From the NCBI GenBank assembly GCA_944387125.1, contig CALXDT010000105.1:220-64219 (forward strand): DNA of 64,000 bases. Direction: 5' to 3'. Shown piece after piece: positions 8,981-21,647 of the stretch. A model generated the notes under the pieces. That model saw nothing but the letters and a program-made list of their open reading frames with translations. It did not search any database and had not been told where the DNA came from. The translations under genes and the position numbers were made by a program. This stretch comes from an uncultured Oscillospiraceae bacterium (GTDB lineage Bacteria > Bacillota > Clostridia > Oscillospirales > Oscillospiraceae). The first letter of the stretch is position 1; each line of letters opens with the position of its first letter.

Positions 8981-9982
8981 ATGCGTATCAGCAGACCGGC
9001 GTATTTTGACCGGTTCCGCTGTCTGGGCGGCAGCTGCCCGGACAGCTGCTGCAAGGACTGGGAGGTTCAGATCGACGAAGACACTGCCCGGCAGTACCGG
9101 GCGCTTCCCGGGGAACTGGGTGAGCGGCTTCGGCAGGCGATGGTTCGGGAGGACGGCCGGACGGTGATGGCCAACTGTCATGGACGCTGCCCCATGTGGC
9201 GGGCGGACGGCCTGTGCCGGATCCAGGCGGAGCTGGGAGAACAGGCGCTGAGCCGGGTGTGCCGGGAATTTCCCCGGCTGACCCACGACTATGGAGATTT
9301 TGTGGAGCTGGGGCTGGAGCTTAGCTGCCCGGAGGTGGCCAGGTGGATTCTGACCGAACCTGCCCAGCCGGAGCTGTACCGGGAAGTGCCCGGTACGGAG
9401 ACTGGGGATTACGACCCGCTGGATATGGCGGTATTGCGGCGAACCCGTGCCCGGGCGCTGGCGCTTCTGGAGGATCGAACCTATGGGGTGGGGGAGACCC
9501 TGGCGCTGCTGCTGCTCTATGGCTGTCAGGCCCAGGCAGAGCTGGACGGCGGGGAGGAAATGCCCTTTCAGCCGGAAAAAGCCCTTAAGGAGGCGGCGGA
9601 GCTGGCCGGACCCGGCACCTGGGAGGGGCTTTTGGAGGTGTTCCGGGGGCTGGAGATTCTGACGAAGGCCTGGGAACAGCGGCTGAATGCCCCCGAGCCG
9701 GGAGACTGGCAGGAGGAATACCGCGCCCTGGCCGGGTATTTTGTCCGGCGGTACTGGCTTCAGGCGGTTTCGGATTACGATCTGTACAGCCGGGTAAAGC
9801 TGGCGGTGATCAGCTGCCTGACCGTCCGGGCTTTGGGAGGGGATCTGCCGGGCACGGCGCAGCTGTATTCCAAGGAGATCGAGAACAGCCCGGACAACGT
9901 GGAGGCGCTGCTGGACGGCGCCTGCACCTGCCCCGCCTTCCGGGATGATCTTCTGCTGGGTCTTCTGCTGGAGAACCGCTGA
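8981..9982 (+). CDS. fliB: Flagellin lysine-N-methylase family (Cys-rich) protein
   Basis: FRCLGGSCPDSCC..W, CPM, LCRIQ, CREFPR, SCPE, YSKEIENS. Confidence 0.85.
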   Translation: MRISRPAYFDRFRCLGGSCPDSCCKDWEVQIDEDTARQYRALPGELGERLRQAMVREDGRTVMANCHGRCPMWRADGLCRIQAELGEQALSRVCREFPRLTHDYGDFVELGLELSCPEVARWILTEPAQPELYREVPGTETGDYDPLDMAVLRRTRARALALLEDRTYGVGETLALLLLYGCQAQAELDGGEEMPFQPEKALKEAAELAGPGTWEGLLEVFRGLEILTKAWEQRLNAPEPGDWQEEYRALAGYFVRRYWLQAVSDYDLYSRVKLAVISCLTVRALGGDLPGTAQLYSKEIENSPDNVEALLDGACTCPAFRDDLLLGLLLENR

Positions 9983-9989
9983 ATAAACA

Positions 9990-10016
9990 CCGGGCGTTCC
10001 CATTGGGAACGCCCGG
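9990..10016. terminator. Hairpin between convergent fliB and dapH
   Basis: CCGGGCGTTCC/GGAACGCCCGG. Confidence 0.75.
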
Positions 10017-10021
10017 ATTTG

Positions 10022-10714
10022 TTATAAAGTCCGCAGGGCATCTACCAGGGCGGTTTTGCCGGCGGTTTTTTCGTCCTTCTCCTTGATGATCCGGGCGGGA
10101 CATCCCGCTGCCACGGTATTGGGGGGCACGTCGGAAACCACCACCGCGCCGGCGGCGACCACAGCGCCTCTGCCCACCCGGCAGCCTTCAATGACCACGG
10201 CATTTGCGCCGATGAGCACCTCGTCCTCAATGACCACGGGCACAGCGGAGGCCGGCTCCACCACACCGGCCAGCACCGCGCCGGCACCGATGTGGCAGTT
10301 TTTTCCCACGGTGGCCCGGCCGCCCAGCACGGCGCCCATGTCGATCATGGTGCCGTCGCCCACCACGGCGCCGATGTTCAAAATAGCGCCCATCATAATC
10401 ACGGCGTTTTTCCCGATCTGCACCTGCTCCCGGATGATGGCGCCCGGCTCGATCCGGGCGGGCAGATCCTTCAGATCCAGCAGAGGGATGGCGGAGTTGC
10501 GGCAGCTGCTCTCCACCTCCAGGTGGGCAAATTCGTTGTGCTGCAATACCGGGGAGATATCCTTCCAGTCGCCGAAGACGATTTTGCAGCCGGGGGCGGC
10601 GGGGAACTCATGGCAGCCCGGGAATGGCACAGGGGTCTTTTCCCAGACATAGAGCTTTACAGGGGTTTTCTTTTCCGCGGTGCGGATGTATTCAATGATT
10701 TCTTGGGCGTTCAT
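10022..10714 (-). CDS. dapH: Tetrahydrodipicolinate N-acetyltransferase
   Basis: [25 protein letters not shown], hexapeptide repeats, LAGVVEP; real start is 10714, not 11974. Confidence 0.95.
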   Translation of the reverse strand: MNAQEIIEYIRTAEKKTPVKLYVWEKTPVPFPGCHEFPAAPGCKIVFGDWKDISPVLQHNEFAHLEVESSCRNSAIPLLDLKDLPARIEPGAIIREQVQIGKNAVIMMGAILNIGAVVGDGTMIDMGAVLGGRATVGKNCHIGAGAVLAGVVEPASAVPVVIEDEVLIGANAVVIEGCRVGRGAVVAAGAVVVSDVPPNTVAAGCPARIIKEKDEKTAGKTALVDALRTL

Positions 10715-10746
10715 GACGGATCTCCTCTCGTTCTTTCTTTTGGTAC

Positions 10747-10813
10747 ATGCTATCATTTTTTCAGGGGAAATACAAGGGCTAAAATTGACAGCCGCGGGCT
10801 TTGGGGGTATAAT
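10747..10813. promoter_or_regulatory. Back-to-back SigA promoters
   Basis: Plus strand TTGACA(10785)-17-TATAAT(10808); minus strand TTGTAT-17-TAGCAT. Confidence 0.8.
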
Positions 10814-10821
10814 TGCCCCCA

Positions 10822-10949
10822 TAAGGGGAACGCTGACGCAATGGGCAGGGGCGCAGATCCGCAGAGCAATCCTGTATGGATTGGAATCGGCACGGACGGG
10901 ACTAAGAACCCGGCATTCCGCCGGAGGCCATTGCTTCTGAGGTTCCTGA
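10822..10949 (+). repeat. Dispersed TIR-bounded element, copy C, filling the leader of the DAP operon
   Basis: GGGAACGCTGACGCAATGG...CCATTGCTTCTGAGGTTCCT; AATCCTGTATGGATT and CCGGCATTCCGCCGG hairpins. Confidence 0.7.
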
Positions 10950-10969
10950 GAAAACAGGAGGGAACGGAT

Positions 10970-12055
10970 ATGCAGATCCAGGAAGACCGCCGCCGGCTTC
11001 ATGCGATCCCGGAACTGGATCGGGAGCTGCCGAAAACCATTGCCTATCTGCGGAAGGCGCTGGAGGGACGGAACTGTCAGGTATTTTCTCCCATTCCCGG
11101 GGCCTTGTGCGCCTGGTTTGACTTCGGCCGGGACAGCGCCATTGCCTTCCGGGCGGATGCCGACGCCCTGCCCATCCGGGAGAACACCGGGGCGGCCTAC
11201 GCCTCCACCCATCCGGGACGGATGCATGCCTGCGGCCATGACGGCCACATGGCCATTCTGCTGGAGCTGGCCCGGCGGCTGGATCAAAAGAAGGCCCTGG
11301 GGCACAATGTGCTTCTGGTGTTCCAGCCGGCGGAGGAGACCACCGGCGGAGCAAAGGACATCTGCCAGACCGGGCTGTTCCGGCAGCGGAACGTAAGGAG
11401 CATCTTCGGGCTGCACCTGTGGCCGGGGCTGCCCCAGGGGAAGCTGTACGCCAAGGCCGGCGCCATGATGGCCCGCTCCGGTGAGGTGACGGCGGATCTG
11501 TTCGGCGCTTCCGCCCACATTGCCAAGGGAGAGGGCGTTGACGCTTTGGCCGCCGGAGCGGAGCTGTACCGCCGGGCCCGGGAGCTGGAGCAAGGCTTTC
11601 CCGAGGGGATCCCCAGAGTTTTGAACTTCGGGCTGTTCCAAAGCGGGCAGGTGCGCAACGCCGTCTCCGCCCACACCCATATGGAAGGCTCCCTGCGGGC
11701 CTATGAGGATCGGGTGTTTTTTGCCCTGCGCCGGGGGCTGGAGGACATTGCCGCCCAGGTGGAGCGCCAATGGGGCTGCACGGTCAGCCTGTCTGTCAGC
11801 GAGGGGTATCCCGCGGTGTGGAACCCGGAGGATCTGCTGGAGCAGGTGAAGGCTCTGGCGCCGGTGGAGACGCTGCAGACCCCCTCCATGACCACCGAGG
11901 ATTTTGCCTGGTACCAGCGGTATCTTCCCGGGGTATTTTTCTTCCTTGGGCTGGGGGATGTGCCCGGGCTTCACGCGGACACCTTTGACTTTGACGATGG
12001 GATTTTAACGAAAGGCGCGGACTTCTTTGAATGTCTCGCGGAGAAACTGCCATGA
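10970..12055 (+). CDS. M20D amidohydrolase, likely N-acetyl-diaminopimelate deacetylase
   Basis: [33 protein letters not shown]; adjacent to dapH. Confidence 0.85.
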   Translation: MQIQEDRRRLHAIPELDRELPKTIAYLRKALEGRNCQVFSPIPGALCAWFDFGRDSAIAFRADADALPIRENTGAAYASTHPGRMHACGHDGHMAILLELARRLDQKKALGHNVLLVFQPAEETTGGAKDICQTGLFRQRNVRSIFGLHLWPGLPQGKLYAKAGAMMARSGEVTADLFGASAHIAKGEGVDALAAGAELYRRARELEQGFPEGIPRVLNFGLFQSGQVRNAVSAHTHMEGSLRAYEDRVFFALRRGLEDIAAQVERQWGCTVSLSVSEGYPAVWNPEDLLEQVKALAPVETLQTPSMTTEDFAWYQRYLPGVFFFLGLGDVPGLHADTFDFDDGILTKGADFFECLAEKLP

Positions 12056-13182
12056 TCCAGCTGAATCAGAACTTATCTGCCCTGCGGCGCAGCGACATTC
12101 GGGTATATACAAACCTGGCCCGCCAAACGCCGGACTGCGCCATGCTGACCATCGGAGAACCGGATTTTGCCACTCCGGAACCCATCAAGCAGGCGGCCTG
12201 GGCGGCGCTGCGCGCCGATCAGACCCACTACGCGCCCAACCAGGGGACGGTTCGGCTGCGCCGGGCAGTGGCGGCGTATGAGACTGCCCGGGGAAATCCC
12301 ACCGGCGAAGATCAGGTGCTCATCACCCTGGGCGCCTGCCAGGCGCTGTTCACCGCCCTTCTGGGGATCCTGAACCCCGGGGAGGAGATCGTGGTTCCCA
12401 CCCCGGGCTTCGGACTGTATCAGACCATCGCCGCCATTGCCGGGGCGAAGACGGTGCCGCTGGATGTGAGCAAAACCGGCTTCCAGATCCGAAAGGAGGA
12501 TCTGGAAGCGGCCATTACGGGAAAAACCAAGGCCGTGATTCTCAATTCCCCCTGCAATCCCACAGGCACGGTGCTCAGCCGGGAGAGCCTGGAGACGGTG
12601 AAGCAGGCGGTTCTGGGCAGACCCATTTTCCTTGTCTGCGACAATGTATACGATCGGCTGGTTTATGGGAGCGGCTGCCCGGATCTGACGCTGGATCCGG
12701 AACTGAAGGAGCAGATCCTTCTGTGCCAGAGCTTTTCCAAGCCCTATGCCATGACCGGCTGGCGGGTGGGATATCTGGTGTGCCCGGAGTACGTGATGGA
12801 GCGGCTGCTGCTGCTCAGCGCCGCCCAGATCACTGCGGTGCCGACCTTTATCCAGGAGGCGGCGGTGACGGCGCTGGAAGTGGATCCGGAGCCTATGCGC
12901 CGGATTTACCAAAGCCGCCGGGACTATGTTTGCCAACGGCTGGAACAGATGGGACTGACCTTCCCCAGGCCGGAGGGGGCGTTCTATGTGTTCCCGGAGA
13001 TTTCCCGGTACGGCCTGACCAGCGCCCAGCTGTGCACCCGGATGATCCGGGAGGGGAAGGCGGCCGCGGTTCCCGGAAGCTGCTTCGGCACGGAAGGGTA
13101 CATCCGTCTTTCTTACTGCTATGAAGACCGGGAGCTGAAGCGGGGAATGGATCGGATGGAAGCCTTCTTGGGCAGTTTATAG
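12052..13182 (+). CDS. Class I/II PLP aminotransferase (PatA/DapX-like)
   Basis: IGEPDF, NSPCNPTG, SFSKPYAMTGWRVG; ATGA-coupled to the deacetylase. Confidence 0.88.
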   Translation: MIQLNQNLSALRRSDIRVYTNLARQTPDCAMLTIGEPDFATPEPIKQAAWAALRADQTHYAPNQGTVRLRRAVAAYETARGNPTGEDQVLITLGACQALFTALLGILNPGEEIVVPTPGFGLYQTIAAIAGAKTVPLDVSKTGFQIRKEDLEAAITGKTKAVILNSPCNPTGTVLSRESLETVKQAVLGRPIFLVCDNVYDRLVYGSGCPDLTLDPELKEQILLCQSFSKPYAMTGWRVGYLVCPEYVMERLLLLSAAQITAVPTFIQEAAVTALEVDPEPMRRIYQSRRDYVCQRLEQMGLTFPRPEGAFYVFPEISRYGLTSAQLCTRMIREGKAAAVPGSCFGTEGYIRLSYCYEDRELKRGMDRMEAFLGSL

Positions 13183-13246
13183 GGGAGTTGTTGGCGTTTT
13201 TCATAAATAGCAAAAGAATCTTTGCTGTGGATTTGGAGAGGATGAA

Positions 13247-13275
13247 TTGACAATACAGGCAGATTATGCTAAACT
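13247..13275 (+). promoter_or_regulatory. SigA promoter of P-type ATPase
   Basis: TTGACA-17-TAAACT with extended TG. Confidence 0.75.
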
Positions 13276-13389
13276 AATAACAGTTTGTCCACGAAAATCC
13301 CGCAACCCGGGATTTTCGGCAGGAAGGTCTTCCTGCCGGGCACTGCGCTTGTCACAACGAAACTATATGACAGGGAAGGAAGGAATTTT

Positions 13390-16071
<2,682 letters not shown>

Positions 16072-16087
16072 TCCCCGATTTGCCGAC

Positions 16088-16116
16088 CCTCCGGGCATCT
16101 GCCCGGAGGGTTTTTC
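16088..16116 (+). terminator. Intrinsic terminator
   Basis: CCCTCCGGGCA/TGCCCGGAGGG followed by TTTTT. Confidence 0.85.
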
Positions 16117-16447
16117 CGTGTGAATAGAAACTATAAATATACAGGCAATATTCAAACCGCCGGGTAATCCGCCGGGACATTGGGAATGGAAAATGTATGG
16201 CCCGGGGAAAATAATTTCATTTCTCTCCTTTACTTCAATACACAAACGTGCTAAAATGTAACTATTCTTTTATTTCCCGGAGCGCAGCCTTCTCCGGATG
16301 GGATTTCCCGGGAAATGAACCGTTTTTCCCTTCGTCCCGGGGAAAGCCCGGGGCGCCGGCGCTGCTATAATCTGGTTCCGGCCATGTTATAGACGGATCC
16401 CCGCCTGCGGAGATCCGGGAAGACAATAACAAGAAAGGAAGATCCAC

Positions 16448-18439
16448 ATGAAAGCAACGAAACGATTGCTGGCCCTCTTGCTGGCCGTGACCATGGTTCT
16501 GGCAATGGCCGCCTGCGGCGGCGAGCCTGCCGCTGCGGATACGCCCACCACGGGAAGCAGCACAACACCCGCGGCCACTGCCGCGCCGGTGACGGAAAAC
16601 GCTGTCTATCGGACGCTGTACGCCGCGGAGGTAACGACCCTGAACTACCTGACCACCGGCAACGCCAATGAGTTCGGCATTGCCGCCAATCTGGTGGACT
16701 GCCTGGTGGAGTACGATTCCTACGGCAATGTGGAGCCGGCCCTGGCTGTGAGCTGGGAGCAGAATGAGGACGCCACTGTCTGGACCTTCAAGATCCGGGA
16801 AGGGGTCATGTGGGTGGACAAGGACGGCAAGGAAGTCGCTCCCGTTACCGCCCATGACTGGGTCTCCTCTGCCCACTACGCCTGCGACGCCAACAACGAC
16901 TCCGGGGTGTTCTACACCATGAGCGGCGTCATTGCCGGCGCGGATGCGTATTATAACTGGACCGCCTACCAGCTGGCGCTGACCACCGCCACCGACGGCA
17001 CCGATGAAAACGGCAACCCTGTGAAGCTGATTACCAACGAAGACGGTGAGCAGGAAGTGCTGGAGGAAGTGCCGGAGGCGGCTCTGGAGGATATCGGCGT
17101 GAAGGCGCTGGACGACTACACACTGGAGTTTACCCTGGAATCCTCCCGGCCCTACTTCCTGTCCATGGTTTCCTACGGCCCCTATATGCCCGTTTACGAA
17201 GCATTCCTGGAGCAGTGCGGAGACGCCTTCGGCACCAGCAACGACACCCTTCTGTACTGCGGCGCCTTTATCCTGTCCACCTTCGAGCCGCAGCAGCAGC
17301 GGATCATGACCAAGAACGAAAGCTACTGGGATAGGGACAATGTGTTCCTGGATGCGGTTCAGTCCACCTACAATGCCGAGGCTTCCTCCATTGCGGTGAC
17401 GATGTATCAGTCCGGGGAAGTGGATCAGGCGGACATCTCCTCCGACCTGCTCAGCGCCATGCTGGAAGATCCCGCCACCAAGGATCTGATCCATCCCACC
17501 CGTTCCGATACCTCCTATTCTTACTGGTATCTGTTCAACTTCGATCCCAACTTTGATGCGGAGTATGAGCCGGAGAACTGGGAGCTTGCCGTGAACAATG
17601 AAAACTTCCGGAAATCCATTGTCCACGCCTTTAACCGGATGCCGGCGCTGGCTACCAACGACCGGGTGGATCCGGAATCCCTGAAGAGCAACACCATTAC
17701 CCCCGCGGCCTTTGCCTCCGCCTCCAAGGATTACGCCTATTACGGCGACCTGGCCGGCTATACCGACGGGGATAACTTCGACCAGGAGAAGGCTCTGGCT
17801 TACAAGGAAACCGCCATGGAAGAGCTGACCGCCGCCGGCGCCACCTTCCCGGTGAAGATGCTCATGTGCTACAACCCCACCGTTGCCAACTGGGCCAACG
17901 AGTGCCAGGTGGTGGAGCAGACCATTGAGGGCATTCTGGGCGCCGACTATGTGGACATCATCATCCAGGCAGGCCCCGAAACCGGGTTCCTCTCCGCCGT
18001 CCGCCGCACCGGCAACTACGCCTTCATGAAGTGCAACTGGGGCGCCGACTATGCCGACCCGGAGACCTGGACCGAGCCCTTTGCCGAGGACTCCAACTAC
18101 AGCTTCATCTTCGCCAGCGAAGACGAGACCACCCAGGCGCTGTACGCGGAATATCTGGATCTGGTGGCCAAGGCCAAGTCCATCACCAACGACATGGACG
18201 CCCGGTATGAAGCCTTTGCCGAAGCGGAGGCCTTCCTGCTGGAGCATGCCTTTGCGATCCCCTTCTCCATCAGCAACCGCAGCTACCAGATGTCCGACCT
18301 GAACGTGTTTGAAGGCCAGTACGCCTCCTTCGGCGTGGCCAGCTTCCGGTATAAGGATCAGCATCTGTATGATACCTCCATGAGCATGGAGCAGTATCAG
18401 GCGGCCTATGCGGAATGGCTGGCCGAGCTGGCGCAGTAA
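16448..18439 (+). CDS. oppA: Oligopeptide ABC substrate-binding lipoprotein (AmiA/OppA-like)
   Basis: Lipobox MAAC, LVEYD..G...PALA, WTFKIR, WGADYADP. Confidence 0.9.
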   Translation: MKATKRLLALLLAVTMVLAMAACGGEPAAADTPTTGSSTTPAATAAPVTENAVYRTLYAAEVTTLNYLTTGNANEFGIAANLVDCLVEYDSYGNVEPALAVSWEQNEDATVWTFKIREGVMWVDKDGKEVAPVTAHDWVSSAHYACDANNDSGVFYTMSGVIAGADAYYNWTAYQLALTTATDGTDENGNPVKLITNEDGEQEVLEEVPEAALEDIGVKALDDYTLEFTLESSRPYFLSMVSYGPYMPVYEAFLEQCGDAFGTSNDTLLYCGAFILSTFEPQQQRIMTKNESYWDRDNVFLDAVQSTYNAEASSIAVTMYQSGEVDQADISSDLLSAMLEDPATKDLIHPTRSDTSYSYWYLFNFDPNFDAEYEPENWELAVNNENFRKSIVHAFNRMPALATNDRVDPESLKSNTITPAAFASASKDYAYYGDLAGYTDGDNFDQEKALAYKETAMEELTAAGATFPVKMLMCYNPTVANWANECQVVEQTIEGILGADYVDIIIQAGPETGFLSAVRRTGNYAFMKCNWGADYADPETWTEPFAEDSNYSFIFASEDETTQALYAEYLDLVAKAKSITNDMDARYEAFAEAEAFLLEHAFAIPFSISNRSYQMSDLNVFEGQYASFGVASFRYKDQHLYDTSMSMEQYQAAYAEWLAELAQ

Positions 18440-18589
18440 TCCGTTCTGCAAATCCAATTGTTTCCATGAGGGGCTGTGCATACAGCCCCTCACTGCGAAG
18501 TGTCCTTTCGGAGTCTGTATCCGTGTCCCCTGCCCAAAGGAGGCAGTGGTATGGACTTCGCTCCCATCAATGCCCCAGGAGGAACAACC

Positions 18590-19558
18590 ATGGCAAAATA
18601 TATCATCAAACGGGTTCTGCGATCCCTGCTCACCATGTTCATCATTATCACCATTCTCTTTGCCCTGCTGCGGCTGATGCCCATTGAAGGGTACTTTGAG
18701 AATTTCGACAAAATGAGCAGCACCCAGATTCAGGTCAAGCTCAACTCGCTGGGGCTGAACGATCCCCTGCCCAAGCAGCTGATGCGGTTTTATCAGCAGC
18801 TTCTCCAGGGAGATCTGGGGGTGTCCAATGTCTACCGCAGGGGCGTAGCCATTACCGAGATCATCGGAGAAAAGATCCCCATCTCCATCAAGCTGGGGCT
18901 GATTTCTCTGTGCATCTCCCTGGCTGTGGGACTGCCCCTGGGTATTTTGATGGCGCGCTCCACCCGTACCCGGTTCAAGATCGGGGATCGGCTGGGGACG
19001 GTGTTCATTGTGATCGTTCAGGCGGTACCCTCGGCGGTATACCACATTCTCATCCAGTTTGCCGGTTCCCAGACCTATATCGGCAAGGAGATTCTGGGGT
19101 TTCCCATGCTCTTTGACGCCGCCAATCCCAAAAGCTATATCCTGCCGGTGATCTCCCTGTCCATTGGCAGCATCGCCTACTACGCCATGTGGCTGCGCCG
19201 GTACATGGTTGACGAGTCCAACAAGGACTATATCCGTCTGGCGCGGGCCAAGGGCGTGCCCGGCGGCGCCATTTCCCGGCGCCATGTGTTCCGCAACGCC
19301 TTTGTGCCCATGGTGCAGTATATCCGCAACTCCATTTTGTTCACCCTGATGGGCTCTCTGTATGTGGAGTCGCTGTACTCCGTGCCCGGTATGGGCGGAC
19401 TGCTGGTCACGGCCATTAAGCGTCAGGACAACACCCTGGTGCAGGCGCTGGTGCTGATCTACGCAGTGATTTCCATCCTGGGTCTTCTCTTCGGAGATAT
19501 CCTCATGGGGATTGTGGATCCCCGGATCAGCTTTGCCAAGAAGGAGGGTGCCCGCTGA
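18590..19558 (+). CDS. oppB: Oligopeptide ABC permease
   Basis: MAKYIIKR, GDLG, EAA-like LARAKG motif. Confidence 0.9.
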   Translation: MAKYIIKRVLRSLLTMFIIITILFALLRLMPIEGYFENFDKMSSTQIQVKLNSLGLNDPLPKQLMRFYQQLLQGDLGVSNVYRRGVAITEIIGEKIPISIKLGLISLCISLAVGLPLGILMARSTRTRFKIGDRLGTVFIVIVQAVPSAVYHILIQFAGSQTYIGKEILGFPMLFDAANPKSYILPVISLSIGSIAYYAMWLRRYMVDESNKDYIRLARAKGVPGGAISRRHVFRNAFVPMVQYIRNSILFTLMGSLYVESLYSVPGMGGLLVTAIKRQDNTLVQALVLIYAVISILGLLFGDILMGIVDPRISFAKKEGAR

Positions 19559-20583
19559 TGAAACGACTTGGATTTCGTTCCCTTCGCAATGAAAAAACCG
19601 ACAAGCTGGGAGATTCCCTCAATGAAAAGCTGGCCGCGGAAGCGGCCATGACCGACGCGGAGAAGTTCTCCTTCGAGGAATTTGACCCCAGCGAAGCTGA
19701 GCGGGGAGGCTATTCCGGCTATTCCTACTGGCGGGCAACCCTGCGGGTGTTCTGGCAGAACAAGGTGGCGGTGTTCTTCCTGGTGGTGATGGCGGCGCTG
19801 CTGCTCTTTACCTTTATCCAGCCCTATCTTCCCGGGCAGAAGGATCCGCTGCTGATCCACAATGACCAGTGGGGACTGCCCCTGAACAATATGCCTCCCA
19901 GCGAGGAATTCTGGTTCGGCACCAATTCCATCGGCCAGGATCTGTGGGCGCGGATCTGGGCGGGCACCCGCACCAGCCTGTTCATCGGCTTTGCCGTGGC
20001 CGCGATAGAAGCGGTGGTGGGCATCCTGGTGGGCGTGCTCTGGGGCTATGTGCGCAAGCTGGACTTTTTCCTTACAGAGCTGTACAACGTCCTGGACAAC
20101 ATCCCCCAGACCCTGCTGCTGATTCTGATCTCCTATGTGATGAATCCCGGGGTTGATACCATCATTTTTGCCCTGTCCCTTACCGGGTGGCTGGGCATGG
20201 CCCGGTTTATCCGCAATCAGATCATCATCATCCGGGATCGGGACTATAACCTGGCTTCCCGGTGCCTGGGAGTCTCCACCGGGCGGATCATGGTGAAGAA
20301 TCTACTGCCCTACCTGGTGTCCGTGATCACCATGCGCATGGCGCTGGCCATTCCCTCCGCCATCGGCAACGAGGTGTTCGTCACCTATATCGGCATCGGC
20401 CTGCCGCTGGACACCCCCTCCCTGGGCAACCTGATCCAGACCGGCCGGTCGCTGATGACCGTGGCGTCTCTGCGGTATCAGCTGTACTTCCCGGTGGTGG
20501 TGCTGGCGCTGATCACCATTTCCTTCTATATCATCGGCAATGCCTTCGCGGACGCCGCCGATCCGAAAAATCACGTAAAGTAA
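19558..20583 (+). CDS. oppC: Oligopeptide ABC permease
   Basis: WFGTNSIGQDLW, PSLGNLI. Confidence 0.9.
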   Translation: MKRLGFRSLRNEKTDKLGDSLNEKLAAEAAMTDAEKFSFEEFDPSEAERGGYSGYSYWRATLRVFWQNKVAVFFLVVMAALLLFTFIQPYLPGQKDPLLIHNDQWGLPLNNMPPSEEFWFGTNSIGQDLWARIWAGTRTSLFIGFAVAAIEAVVGILVGVLWGYVRKLDFFLTELYNVLDNIPQTLLLILISYVMNPGVDTIIFALSLTGWLGMARFIRNQIIIIRDRDYNLASRCLGVSTGRIMVKNLLPYLVSVITMRMALAIPSAIGNEVFVTYIGIGLPLDTPSLGNLIQTGRSLMTVASLRYQLYFPVVVLALITISFYIIGNAFADAADPKNHVK

Positions 20584-20594
20584 GGAGGGTCGTT

Positions 20595-21647
20595 ATGGGT
20601 GAACAGCTGCAAAATCCCATCCTCTCCATTGAGGATTTGAATGTGAAATTTACCCTCCGGGGGCAGGTGCTCCACGCGATCCGGGGCGTGAGCCTGGATG
20701 TGCACCCCGGGGAGAGCATCGCCATTGTGGGCGAGTCCGGCTCCGGCAAATCCGTGTTTGTGAAATGCACCATGGGTCTGCTGGACGCCAACGGCCAGAT
20801 CACCGGCGGCGCCATCCGCTATAACGGCATGGATCTGACATCCTTCCGCACCGATGAGGACTGGCTGAAAATCCGGGGGCGGGAAATCGCCATGGTTTTC
20901 CAGGATCCCATGACCTCCCTGAATCCCCTGAAAACCATCGGCAAGCAGATCCAGGAAGCGGTGGAGCTGCACCAGGGGCTGAAGGGCGCCGCCGCCTACC
21001 GGGCGGTGCTGGAGGTGCTCTCGGACGTGGGCATTGACGACGCCCCCCGGCGGTACAAGCAGTACCCCCATGAATTCTCCGGCGGCATGCGCCAGCGGGT
21101 GGTCATTGCCATCGCCGTGGCCTGCCGCCCCAGGATCCTGATCTGCGACGAGCCGACCACGGCCCTGGATGTGACCATTCAGACGCAGATTCTGGAGCTG
21201 ATCAAGGCCATGCAGAAAAAGTACAACCTCACCACCATCTACATCACCCACGATCTGGGCGTGGTGGCCAACGTGGCCGACCGGATCGCGGTGATGTACG
21301 CAGGGGACATTGTGGAAGTGGGCACCTGCGAGGAGGTGTTCTACGATCCCCGGCATCCCTATACCTGGGCGCTGCTGTCCTCCCTGCCTCAGCTGGGGGT
21401 AAAGAATGAGCCGCTGTACGCCATTCAGGGCACGCCGCCCAATCTGTTCCATGAGATCCGGGGAGACGCCTTTGCCCCCCGGAACCCCAGGGCGCTGAAA
21501 ATCGACTTCCTGGAGCGCCCGCCCATGTTCGCGGTGACGCAGACCCATAAAGCCCGTACCTGGCTGCTGGATCCCCGGGCGCCCCAGGTGGCGCCGCCGG
21601 AGCATATCCGCGCCCTGAGAGAGAAGGGAGGGAATCCATATGCCTGA
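20595..21647 (+). CDS. oppD: Oligopeptide ABC ATPase
   Basis: [30 protein letters not shown]. Confidence 0.92.
   Translation: MGEQLQNPILSIEDLNVKFTLRGQVLHAIRGVSLDVHPGESIAIVGESGSGKSVFVKCTMGLLDANGQITGGAIRYNGMDLTSFRTDEDWLKIRGREIAMVFQDPMTSLNPLKTIGKQIQEAVELHQGLKGAAAYRAVLEVLSDVGIDDAPRRYKQYPHEFSGGMRQRVVIAIAVACRPRILICDEPTTALDVTIQTQILELIKAMQKKYNLTTIYITHDLGVVANVADRIAVMYAGDIVEVGTCEEVFYDPRHPYTWALLSSLPQLGVKNEPLYAIQGTPPNLFHEIRGDAFAPRNPRALKIDFLERPPMFAVTQTHKARTWLLDPRAPQVAPPEHIRALREKGGNPYA

Noticed and set aside
10822-10949. Canonical lysine riboswitch call
   Set aside because: Too short, lacks the P2/P3 kissing arms, and is better explained by homology to the repeats at 4471 and 57543; kept only as a hypothesis.
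10715-11974. N-terminal extension making DapH 650 aa
   Set aside because: Antisense to the deacetylase; DapH homology, SD and promoter place the start at 10714.
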